This document shows, piece by piece, positions 19,560 to 28,242 of a stretch of 64,000 nt of DNA. A model generated the notes under the pieces. The model made no database searches and had not been told where the DNA came from. It worked only from the letters and a program-made list of their open reading frames with translations. The translations under genes were made by a program, and so were the position numbers. Source of the stretch: a virus. The stretch is taken from IMG/VR virus record IMGVR_UViG_3300025646_005060, positions 9,853-73,852 of that record, one strand, 5' to 3'. The stretch's first letter is position 1. Each line of letters starts with the position of its first letter.

Positions 19560-20120
19560 TTAGTCTATAAATTCCCAGTAATCGTATGCCATTGTTACTG
19601 TAAATTCTGAAAACGAGTCTGACAAATCATAGTTAAGGGTGACTGATCCAACATCTGTTGGGAAGCAATTCTTAAGTCTGACTGATTTATTGAAATATGC
19701 AGCATCTTGAGATTCGTTAGCTGGTGCGCTGACACTAGTGCCAGGTACAATATCCGACCATCTGACTATCCAATCTTCTGTTAAATTATAATCAATTGTA
19801 TGATCATTTCTTCCATCCATTTCTTCCATCCAACGTTCAAATGCATCTCTTAAATCATCAGCAGGAACATTGGATTCATAGCAATTGATCGCCCAGTCAG
19901 CATACATTCTTTCGCCAGAAAACTTGACAACACGACCCATCCATGCGACTGGAATCGTTCCGATTGTGGATCCTGGAAGATCTGCTGCCTTAATGTAGAT
20001 CCAACTCTTTGAATTATCTGGTGCTGGACTGATTGTGTTAGGAAATGCAGCTTCAACTAAAAATCTGTTTGGTCGTACACCTTTAAAACCATTTCTAAAA
20101 TTATTTAAGGTATTACCCAT
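19560..20120 (-). CDS. gp19: Tail tube protein (gp19)
   Basis: RPNRFLV, KAADLPGSTIG, GR.VKFSGER...W, FPTDVG, EFTVTMAYDYW. Confidence 0.95.
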   Translation of the reverse strand: MGNTLNNFRNGFKGVRPNRFLVEAAFPNTISPAPDNSKSWIYIKAADLPGSTIGTIPVAWMGRVVKFSGERMYADWAINCYESNVPADDLRDAFERWMEEMDGRNDHTIDYNLTEDWIVRWSDIVPGTSVSAPANESQDAAYFNKSVRLKNCFPTDVGSVTLNYDLSDSFSEFTVTMAYDYWEFID

Positions 20121-20145
20121 TTATTTATTCTCCTATTCTTATGTA

Positions 20146-21378
20146 TCAGATGGTATCTGATAGATCCTTATTCGTAAGTGTAATCTTGACATAATTAATA
20201 GAAGTGATTGGTTTGACTAGAATATCTGCTACGAAGTAATTTGCCTCAACAATTTCTGGTGTGTTATTGGTTGAATCGCAAATTACTCTGTATTCGGTAA
20301 TTCCTCTTTGACCAACGATACGATCAAGGAATCCTTCAGCAGCAATCTTAAATCTTGAACGAGTTACAGAATCGTTTTGTTCAAAGAGAATTGAACGAGC
20401 AACTGGTGCGAGTGCCTTCTTGATGTAGTGGAACAGTCTGACAACGTTGATTCTTGAAAGAGTACTCGTTGGAGAACCACTGGTCTTGTCTCCGAAAAGA
20501 ATGGTTCCATCTCCACGGAAAGTTACTACTGGATTGATTCCGTCATCGTAAAGAATGTCTTGTTCTGTTTCATTAAGATTGTCGTTGAGTCTGACTGCGT
20601 TGAGAATTCTTCCTCTTCTTGGTCCTGCTGGTGAGAACCATGGATATGCTTCACGGTCAGTTCTGGCAATGCAACCAGCAACGTCTGCTGCGAGAGGAGT
20701 CGTAATATAGGTTGAACCAGTGAGATCAAGATGAACTTTTTCTCCATACACTGCGGCAATGTTTTCATCTGCTGAAGCTGCTAGGTTGTATCCAATTAAA
20801 TTAGCAACATTTGCTTCTGAAATTGCTTCTGTTGTAGAACCAACATTAAGAATACCAAACACAGGTTCTGATCCTGCTGCGCGATCTGTTACGATACTTG
20901 TGACTGCCGACGCATAGTTAGAACCAGAAACTCCTGCTGTTCCTCCTTGGAATACTACATCGTATCCAAGTAAACTGAAGGTATCAGTGACTGATGACGA
21001 TCCCCATCCAACGTAGCAAGGTGCTCCGTATTGAAGGAAGTTGTTGATTGGCCACCACTCGTCGGCAAATTCTGCCGAAATGCCAGCGCCACTATATGTG
21101 CCATTGACATATGATGCAGCACATGCGCCGACGTTAATTGCTGCCGCTGCTGCTGCTCCTCCTGCGTTGTTAATGACTGCGTTGGTGAGTCTTGCGTACC
21201 AGTCTGATTGATTTGGTACGAAGATATACCCCTGATCTCTTTCAGCAGTGGATCCTGCCAGGACTTTCAAAGCAATTGTTGGATTATAACAACCACCAAT
21301 TGTGGTTGATTCTGCTTCGCCTACTGGAACCACTAAAGATTCGTCTACGACGGTAAATGTTACATTTGGTCTTGCCAT
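20146..21378 (-). CDS. gp18: Tail sheath protein (gp18), compact 410 aa
   Basis: PWFSPAGPRRG, LYDDGINPV, LFGDKT, SRINVVRLF, LFEQND, VICDSTNNTPE. Confidence 0.96.
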   Translation of the reverse strand: MARPNVTFTVVDESLVVPVGEAESTTIGGCYNPTIALKVLAGSTAERDQGYIFVPNQSDWYARLTNAVINNAGGAAAAAAINVGACAASYVNGTYSGAGISAEFADEWWPINNFLQYGAPCYVGWGSSSVTDTFSLLGYDVVFQGGTAGVSGSNYASAVTSIVTDRAAGSEPVFGILNVGSTTEAISEANVANLIGYNLAASADENIAAVYGEKVHLDLTGSTYITTPLAADVAGCIARTDREAYPWFSPAGPRRGRILNAVRLNDNLNETEQDILYDDGINPVVTFRGDGTILFGDKTSGSPTSTLSRINVVRLFHYIKKALAPVARSILFEQNDSVTRSRFKIAAEGFLDRIVGQRGITEYRVICDSTNNTPEIVEANYFVADILVKPITSINYVKITLTNKDLSDTI

Positions 21379-21427
21379 TTATCTCTCCTTGGTATGAATG
21401 CTATGTATATGTATTTTTTTCGATATT

Positions 21428-23173
21428 TTAGAAAAGACCATCATTCCTCATACGAGAAATCCATAGAGGGTTTCTTATATCTTTTTTTTCTTTTATTAAC
21501 CATTTTTCATCAGAACCTTCTGACCATTCGTCCTGCTCTTGTTCTATATCTTCAGAAAACCCATCCGAAAAGTATCCAAATGGTAACATATCGTCTTCAA
21601 TTTTCTCAATCTCGTTTTGATACATTGCCAGACGAACATCCATATCGGTGAGATTTTTAAAGTATTGCTGTCTTGTTGCCCACGCAAACAATACAAGACA
21701 CATAACCAGATCGTCGTTGTGTCCGTCCTCTGCTTCAAAACTTTGCTTCTTTGATATAAAGGTCGTGAATTCAGAAATGGTATCCGCATCCTCTACGATG
21801 AGTTTGTCCTCTTCAATCAGGTTTTTTAGAACCTGACATCCAATCTTCTTAGTCATGACCGATGTCTTGACACCCATCTGTACTTTCTTTACAGGTCCAA
21901 ACCCTTCGGTAATGATCTGACCCTTGCGACCCATCATCGCGGTCTTGACAATATTTTCATATTCAAGATCGGTATGAAGAATATTGGCAACTTCCATTCC
22001 TATGCTATTGACTTCAATCAACACATATGCGTTATTATATTTTTTGGCAACCGTCCTCAATACGGAAGCAAAGAGAAGAGGAGATACCGTATTATTTCTA
22101 TATGTCGCAACGACTCTATATGGAAACTGAGTAACGTCAATCACAGACATTGCGGTGTAGTCCTTGCCCTGCCCTTCCGCAACGTCAGCAGTTATGAAGT
22201 AAATATGATCCTGAGACTTTTCCTCTTCATCATTTTTTCTCTTGGGTTCTTCATAAACGTTCATTCCGTCCTTTGACCGAATCATTGGTTTTGAATATAC
22301 CAGAGTGTGCAGTTTCTCTGCCGATATGAGAGTATTGGAACTGCCCAAGAAGTCACACTCCATCTCCTGAGCAAACTGCTTCTCAGAAGTCTTGGAGATC
22401 ATATCATTCTTCCACTTCTCGTCTCTTAAAGGACCACCTGGATATTGCGGAACCTGACTCCAATGGACCTCGAATGCCTTGTATCCGTTTTGGTTGTTGA
22501 TTGCTCCCTTCCAGTAATAGTAAAACATATTCAACCCGTTTGGAGTTGAAATGATAAACATCTTGGTAGATTGACCCGAGGTAATGGTTGGATATACAGA
22601 GGTGAAGAACTCTTCGGCAATCTGTGTTGGAATGTGAGCAAACTCGTCAAGAAGAATACAGTTGAAGGAGAATCCACGAATCGCAGAAGATGATGTTGCT
22701 GCTGCCAAAACGCGGGATCCATTCTCTAGTATGATTGATCCCTTATTCCATTCAATTATTCCTTGTTGTAACCATTTTGGCAGATATTCATATGCCATCT
22801 TCAATCTTCCTAGAATTTCAATTGCGGTAGATTGTTTGTTTGCCAAAATACCAACGTTCATATTTTGATTGAAAAGAACATAGTGAAGTAGATAAGCACC
22901 TACGGTTGTAGTCTTTCCTACCTGACGTGGAAGTTTACCAATAACGAAGCGATTATCATGTAGTATCTCTATGAGTTCCTTCTGAAAGTCATACATCTCA
23001 AAAGGAACAAGACCTTTATCTACAGCAACGATGCGTACATACTTTTCAACAAAGTAGACAGGATCATTGGCACACTTAATATACTCCTGTACTTGTTCGG
23101 GAGTAAATTGTTGCTGTATGCCTACTGGTTTTAAATTGGGATTACCAAGATATCCATCTTTTTTTGCTGTCAC
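21428..23173 (-). CDS. gp17: Terminase large subunit (gp17)
   Basis: YLGNPNLK, PRQVGKTT, LLDEFAH, STPNG, DVAEG.G.DY, HNDDLVM. Confidence 0.99.
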   Translation of the reverse strand: MTAKKDGYLGNPNLKPVGIQQQFTPEQVQEYIKCANDPVYFVEKYVRIVAVDKGLVPFEMYDFQKELIEILHDNRFVIGKLPRQVGKTTTVGAYLLHYVLFNQNMNVGILANKQSTAIEILGRLKMAYEYLPKWLQQGIIEWNKGSIILENGSRVLAAATSSSAIRGFSFNCILLDEFAHIPTQIAEEFFTSVYPTITSGQSTKMFIISTPNGLNMFYYYWKGAINNQNGYKAFEVHWSQVPQYPGGPLRDEKWKNDMISKTSEKQFAQEMECDFLGSSNTLISAEKLHTLVYSKPMIRSKDGMNVYEEPKRKNDEEEKSQDHIYFITADVAEGQGKDYTAMSVIDVTQFPYRVVATYRNNTVSPLLFASVLRTVAKKYNNAYVLIEVNSIGMEVANILHTDLEYENIVKTAMMGRKGQIITEGFGPVKKVQMGVKTSVMTKKIGCQVLKNLIEEDKLIVEDADTISEFTTFISKKQSFEAEDGHNDDLVMCLVLFAWATRQQYFKNLTDMDVRLAMYQNEIEKIEDDMLPFGYFSDGFSEDIEQEQDEWSEGSDEKWLIKEKKDIRNPLWISRMRNDGLF

Positions 23174-23634
23174 TCTGAATCCTCATGGTCTATAACTTTA
23201 GTTTGACTTCTTGACTGATTGATAATATTTTGTAGATCTTTTGTAGATCCGACAAAAATAGAATTATTTGTGGTCTTCTGGACGACCTTATTAGTTCCTA
23301 GTGCGTCAGCAGTAGTCTTGTGCATATTCATCAGATCCGTATTAAGTTCACTCACGGTCTTGATGAGTATGGATGCAACTTCGTAAGCACGGGGAGAGTC
23401 TCCTGCTTCGGCAACACGCATGATCCCATCAAGTGCTTCAAATCCACTTGATATCAGATCTTTCATATTCTTACGAGCAGAATCAAAGTCCTGACGAACT
23501 TGATCTCTTCTCTTGATCTTTACTTTCTTGACAGTATCTTCTGCTTTGACAATTTCAATTGGTTCTTTTTTTGAAACTTCAATATCAAGAATTTCGGAAA
23601 GTTTTTCATCGGAATTTTTCATGATGGGGGCCAA
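23170..23634 (-). CDS. gp16: Terminase small subunit (gp16)
   Basis: DFDSARKN, SPRAYEVA, TNNSIFVGSTKDLQ. Confidence 0.93.
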   Translation of the reverse strand: MAPIMKNSDEKLSEILDIEVSKKEPIEIVKAEDTVKKVKIKRRDQVRQDFDSARKNMKDLISSGFEALDGIMRVAEAGDSPRAYEVASILIKTVSELNTDLMNMHKTTADALGTNKVVQKTTNNSIFVGSTKDLQNIINQSRSQTKVIDHEDSE

Positions 23635-24383
23635 TCTCCTAAGACTTCGGTAATATCACCAGTTATAACATCTCCAGTATATCCAACATCGTCTACATAA
23701 TAACCATATTCAACAGAACCCGTAGTCCCGTATCCATAGAAATTAACATCGGATCTTTCAATAATGCCACCAGAAGATCCGCAAATTTGTGGGTATATAA
23801 ATGTCTTGGCAGTAAAGTCAAAAGTAGAAATTAGAGTTCTACGATTGTCAAATGTTCCTTCGTAATTCTCTGCCAAGTTGACATTGTTCAGAATGAAAGG
23901 TACATCCACTGATTGATGAAGATCATTCATTTTCATCGTGACCGTGTACTCTGGTGTAAAGTAAGGTACGATCTGCTCAATGATCTGAAGCATATCGTCC
24001 ATATTGCGCGTAAAGGCGAATAGAGAAAAATTAATATTATATGGTGCTTCGGAATGTGCCGATTTGTATACACCGTCTACGACCTGTGATCTTTCAACAA
24101 GACGATTAATTTTTCTTGTGGGATCGTACATCATTGTGGTGATCTCAAATCCCATCTTTGGAAGCACGATTTGAACTCTTGAATTCTTTGAAAGACTGTT
24201 CTCTTGAGTCAGTCTGAGTGCGAATTTTTCCTTACTGCCATATGCCAATGGTACACGAATCTTTTCCTTTTCGCTTCCATCTGCTTCATAACGAGTGACA
24301 TATACAGAATCAAAAAGAGATCCGAAGGCAATGACAATTTTTCGTATGGACTGATTGTAAAATGATTTATTTACGTTAAACAT
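23619..24383 (-). CDS. gp15: Tail sheath stabilizer / terminator (gp15)
   Basis: FYNQSIRKIVIAFGSLF, VPLAYG.KEKF, LQIIEQIVPYFTP. Confidence 0.95.
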   Translation of the reverse strand: MFNVNKSFYNQSIRKIVIAFGSLFDSVYVTRYEADGSEKEKIRVPLAYGSKEKFALRLTQENSLSKNSRVQIVLPKMGFEITTMMYDPTRKINRLVERSQVVDGVYKSAHSEAPYNINFSLFAFTRNMDDMLQIIEQIVPYFTPEYTVTMKMNDLHQSVDVPFILNNVNLAENYEGTFDNRRTLISTFDFTAKTFIYPQICGSSGGIIERSDVNFYGYGTTGSVEYGYYVDDVGYTGDVITGDITEVLGDWPPS

Positions 24384-25306
24384 TAGTCACATGCCTCCGA
24401 GAATGGATTATCTGCGCTAAAATTAAGTTCACTGTCTGCCTTCTCCGCGTAGTAATCATTCTCAATTTCGCTGACACCAGATATTGGATCAATTGAGAGA
24501 TTGATATTTGTTTCTTGGTAGTCGAGAAGGTAGTATTCTGCTCCACTCTCGACAGACTTGATGGATTCTGTTCCAGATGGACCAGTAACAAAGGTTCCAG
24601 AGACTCCCTTGATATATGTGGTGTTTCCAGTATATTCAACAATGACACCTTCGGCAGTGGAATCTCCGTATATTGCACCAGCACCCGTGACTCCAGAAAC
24701 CTGGAATACGGTATCTCCTCTTTTGAGAATATTCAATCCAGTGATAGGAGCACCAGAAAGAGAAAGAGAAATCATGTTGTATTTTCTCTTGGTCTGAATT
24801 TCGTCAATGTCACTGACTCCAGTTTCAATATCTTCAAACGAATATGTGAAGAGTTCGCATGTTAGTGTATATGTGTTGAGTGTTCCAAACTGGAAGAATG
24901 GAATCTTATCTTCAACATAGTTTATCTCAAACATGTTCTTATTCAATGGAAAGTAAAGCAAATCGCCTTCTCTTGGAGTTCGAATTGCTGGTTGCTTTCT
25001 TGATACTTCTTCTTCAAATCTTGTCTTTGAAACCTTAAGTGTAACTCTGTCGGTAATGTTGATACCGAACTTATTTACGATATTCATCTGACCACCGAAC
25101 TCAAGTATGTTCTCAATATACATTTCAATCGTATATGCGTACTTGAATTCTGAAATTGGATCCTCACCAAAGATAATATCCCTGTTCAGGTATTCTCTGG
25201 GAATATAGATCATATCACGACCCATAGTCTTGATTGTTTCTATGGTGAGATCATTCAATAGATCTTGTTCACCTTTATAATCTTTGAAATATGGGTTTAC
25301 TGCCAT
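24383..25306 (-). CDS. gp14: Neck protein (gp14)
   Basis: NPYF, ETIK.MG.DM.YIPR, KFGI, PREGDLLYFP, L.CELF.YS.E, DNPF. Confidence 0.95.
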   Translation of the reverse strand: MAVNPYFKDYKGEQDLLNDLTIETIKTMGRDMIYIPREYLNRDIIFGEDPISEFKYAYTIEMYIENILEFGGQMNIVNKFGINITDRVTLKVSKTRFEEEVSRKQPAIRTPREGDLLYFPLNKNMFEINYVEDKIPFFQFGTLNTYTLTCELFTYSFEDIETGVSDIDEIQTKRKYNMISLSLSGAPITGLNILKRGDTVFQVSGVTGAGAIYGDSTAEGVIVEYTGNTTYIKGVSGTFVTGPSGTESIKSVESGAEYYLLDYQETNINLSIDPISGVSEIENDYYAEKADSELNFSADNPFSEACD

Positions 25307-25309
25307 TTG

Positions 25310-26113
25310 TTATCCTATCATGAAATCAATTGGCAACTCGTATGCCATTGAAAGTTCCTGCTCTACCAGTTGTATTTCTTGTACTGCCTGATCGTAGATC
25401 TGTTGACCCTTGAATGTGATACCACCTGGAAGTTGAACTCCGTCATACTTGAGCATGTTTGCTCCCCATTGTCTCTTGATGAGAGCGGTGAGATACTTCT
25501 TCAATAGACGGTCATTGTAGATCTTGGTATATACATCTGGATCAAGCATTGCGTATGCTTCAATTACTAGATAATATCCTGCTGGAATATCTTGATCCAA
25601 TGCGTCAACGTAGATTCTGTCAGTTACTTTGCTAAAACGAACCGACTTCTCTGGACTGAAGAATTGCTCAAGAAGACTGATATACTGCATGGTTACTTCA
25701 TAACCAGCAACGGGTGTGCTTTGACTTCCGTTAAGACCTCTGTTGATTCCGAAATAATCGGTGAGTGCCAACTGGTAGCGAACATCAAACATATTGACAC
25801 CAGTCAACGTACCGAATCTGAATACTTTGACAACCGACAATATATCCTTACCAGATGGGGAATCGTTAAGATCTCCAGTTGGTGGATCAATATCATTTAT
25901 ATCAATATATCCACGATCAATATCAGTCTGAGTCAACAGATACTTGAAATATACCTTCTGAACACCGTCAAAATGTCTTTCGGCAAAATATTGAAGTGCT
26001 TCATCAAGACGATCTTCACATTGCTCATAATCAACATTGACTTGAACCACAGGATGTCCCAGGTTGCGAAGACAAAGTTCTATGAGTGATCTTCTTGAGT
26101 CTGGTGTTGCCAT
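25310..26113 (-). CDS. gp13: Neck protein (gp13)
   Basis: CLRNLG.PVVQVNV...Q.EDR.DEALQYF..HFDG, ALIKRQWGAN..KY.GVQLPGG. Confidence 0.96.
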   Translation of the reverse strand: MATPDSRRSLIELCLRNLGHPVVQVNVDYEQCEDRLDEALQYFAERHFDGVQKVYFKYLLTQTDIDRGYIDINDIDPPTGDLNDSPSGKDILSVVKVFRFGTLTGVNMFDVRYQLALTDYFGINRGLNGSQSTPVAGYEVTMQYISLLEQFFSPEKSVRFSKVTDRIYVDALDQDIPAGYYLVIEAYAMLDPDVYTKIYNDRLLKKYLTALIKRQWGANMLKYDGVQLPGGITFKGQQIYDQAVQEIQLVEQELSMAYELPIDFMIG

Positions 26114-26115
26114 AT

Positions 26116-26152
26116 AAAAACTCTCCTTACTTTATTTATAAGGAGAGTTTTT
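26116..26152 (-). promoter_or_regulatory. 14-bp hairpin sequestering the gp13 SD, with late promoter TATAAATA (26133-26140) at the loop; may also terminate
   Basis: Minus strand: AAAAACTCTCCTTA-TAAATAAAG-TAAGGAGAGTTTTT-AT-ATG. Confidence 0.75.
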
Positions 26153-26156
26153 TATA

Positions 26157-26729
26157 TTATTTGGAATCCGTATTTTCTGCTGGTTTCTCTGGTTGAATTG
26201 GAGGTTCGTGCGTTGTCACTTTGATCTTCTCCATTTCCTTATACGGCATTTGTTCAATATAATATCTACGAGTAATTGGTGGTTCTGCTTCGTCTGGTTT
26301 GGACTTTTCGTAGTTGGTAAACCCTGGCATCTTCAACGGACATGCCAGACGAGGGTAATCCAACTTGCTATATTCTTCACCATCTGCGAGCAACCAGGTT
26401 CCTTTACGGTCGCCACATCCACAACCCCCACAAAAGAATTTACCTGGGGTTGAAGATTGTTTCAGATGTTCGCATGGAGGAAGAACTCCACCCTTGTCTT
26501 GATTTCCGAAACAAGAAAGAACGCGAAGTTGTTTGATTGGTTTTGTGACCTTTTCATTATTAAAACCACGCGAAGAAATGGCAGATGCAAAACTTTGCAT
26601 CATGGTCATCTTTTCCTTGATCGCGCCTTCTTTCTTGATTGGTTCTGCCTTACGAAACTCTACTGATTGATTTTCGTTCTTTGGTTGTTCATTATTTTTA
26701 TTCTTGTTTTTATTACATCCACATCCCAT
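26157..26729 (-). CDS. Cys-rich hypothetical protein, putative metal-binding
   Basis: N-terminal MGCGC; C...PCEH...CGGCGCG...K...CPL pattern. Confidence 0.5.
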   Translation of the reverse strand: MGCGCNKNKNKNNEQPKNENQSVEFRKAEPIKKEGAIKEKMTMMQSFASAISSRGFNNEKVTKPIKQLRVLSCFGNQDKGGVLPPCEHLKQSSTPGKFFCGGCGCGDRKGTWLLADGEEYSKLDYPRLACPLKMPGFTNYEKSKPDEAEPPITRRYYIEQMPYKEMEKIKVTTHEPPIQPEKPAENTDSK

Positions 26730-26739
26730 AGCAAAATCC

Positions 26740-28242
26740 TTATGTTAAAATAATACGACGGAAGAAGTAAACTGTTTCTTTATTTCTCTTATTGAAGAGT
26801 GCTGTCTTGTAGTTGACGGCATATTCTGAATTGATCAACTGACCATAGACATGTCCACTATTATATATCTTGGATTTAGAAGTCGATGGGTTGATGTATT
26901 TGCTGTTATATACAGAAGATGAAATTAAATTCCCTCTAGTCGTTACTCCTTTATTATAGAGGTACGCAGAGTAGAAGTAAAGTTCATATATGGATGGAAG
27001 ATAATAATCTATAAATCCTTTTCTATTTCTATATCTGACAGTATTTGTAAGTGCTGTCTGTATACCGAGGAATGTAGTATTATTTCCATAGGTATTGTAG
27101 TAACCATCCCAGAGGGAGGTGTTGAAATAATCGTCTGTTTCCTTTTCCAACAAGAAAGGAACGGAATAAGCAGTTTCATCCACGATCAATGCCCATTGCT
27201 TGTCTGTTCCACCGATGGAATCGGCAGTAAATCTTCCAAGTTTTGGTTCACCGAAATTTAAATTTCCATATACGTCACTGCTACGAGAATTGAGAGGTGA
27301 TGGTTTGAATATTCCAATGTATATACCACCTTGGAATTCGTCACCTGTTGTGACTCCAAGAGCATTGAAACTGGCAAGTGACATTCGTTGAACATCATAT
27401 GCTCCGTTCAATGAAACTGGATCTGATGGTTGGTGAGTAGAAGTACAATATGGATTTTCCTGATCAAGTTCCTTTACCCAATATCCATCGCAAAGTGCCT
27501 TTGGAGAAAGCGCGCACTCATACTCAAGAACTCCATCGTTATCTTCAAGTGTATAGCAAGAACCAATATCAAATCCTTCGTAGAGTTCTGTTTTTGTTGC
27601 CAGAATGGACATTGTCAAATGTTGAGCACATGAAGTATCTGTACATTTTTCTCCCACACCACCAAAAATTGAAGGGTATGCGTCAGTGCTTAACAATGAA
27701 CAATCGTATGCGGTACACACATCAGAGCAAGTTAACCCAACTGGCCAACCAGTATCGGAATCATATCCTAGATGGCAGCATCTTCTTGGAGTACGAACGT
27801 CTACATTTGTTCCTTCTATAGTTCTTAGACACAGATTTTGCCAATTGTCAGATGTCAAATCTGGACAAGCACCAGCAGTCCATTTGCCACCTTTTCTTTC
27901 ACACTCGCAACGAGAAACATTTGATCTCACTCCAGATGCCAAGTATGGATAATTTGGATTACCAGTGTCATTATAATTGGGAACAGAAGATAATTCTCCT
28001 GGAGTAACATACGCACATGAACAACAGCATCCCAATTCGGAATCTATGATAGGGCAAGGAGTGGCATTATCTGGAATTGTATTTGGATCTATTGGAAGAA
28101 AATGACCACCTTCATTGAAGCATTCTATGAATACTTTATTGCTATATGTTCCGTCATCACTACAACATACACCAAAATCATTTAACTTTGGTGTATAGTT
28201 GATTGCTGGTTTAATTCTTGATCTGAATTGAATTGATGACAT
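26740..28242 (-). CDS. Cys-rich virion protein with C-terminal DUF1566/Lcl-like domain
   Basis: GVCC and GCCC repeats; GDEFQGGIYIG...WALIV...DGYYNT...DYYLPSIYEL. Confidence 0.55.
   Translation of the reverse strand: MSSIQFRSRIKPAINYTPKLNDFGVCCSDDGTYSNKVFIECFNEGGHFLPIDPNTIPDNATPCPIIDSELGCCCSCAYVTPGELSSVPNYNDTGNPNYPYLASGVRSNVSRCECERKGGKWTAGACPDLTSDNWQNLCLRTIEGTNVDVRTPRRCCHLGYDSDTGWPVGLTCSDVCTAYDCSLLSTDAYPSIFGGVGEKCTDTSCAQHLTMSILATKTELYEGFDIGSCYTLEDNDGVLEYECALSPKALCDGYWVKELDQENPYCTSTHQPSDPVSLNGAYDVQRMSLASFNALGVTTGDEFQGGIYIGIFKPSPLNSRSSDVYGNLNFGEPKLGRFTADSIGGTDKQWALIVDETAYSVPFLLEKETDDYFNTSLWDGYYNTYGNNTTFLGIQTALTNTVRYRNRKGFIDYYLPSIYELYFYSAYLYNKGVTTRGNLISSSVYNSKYINPSTSKSKIYNSGHVYGQLINSEYAVNYKTALFNKRNKETVYFFRRIILT

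Noticed and set aside
21428-23173. Intein, intron or homing endonuclease in terminase or other core genes
   Set aside because: Core genes have normal lengths and continuous motifs; no LAGLIDADG, HNH or GIY-YIG ORFs were recognised.
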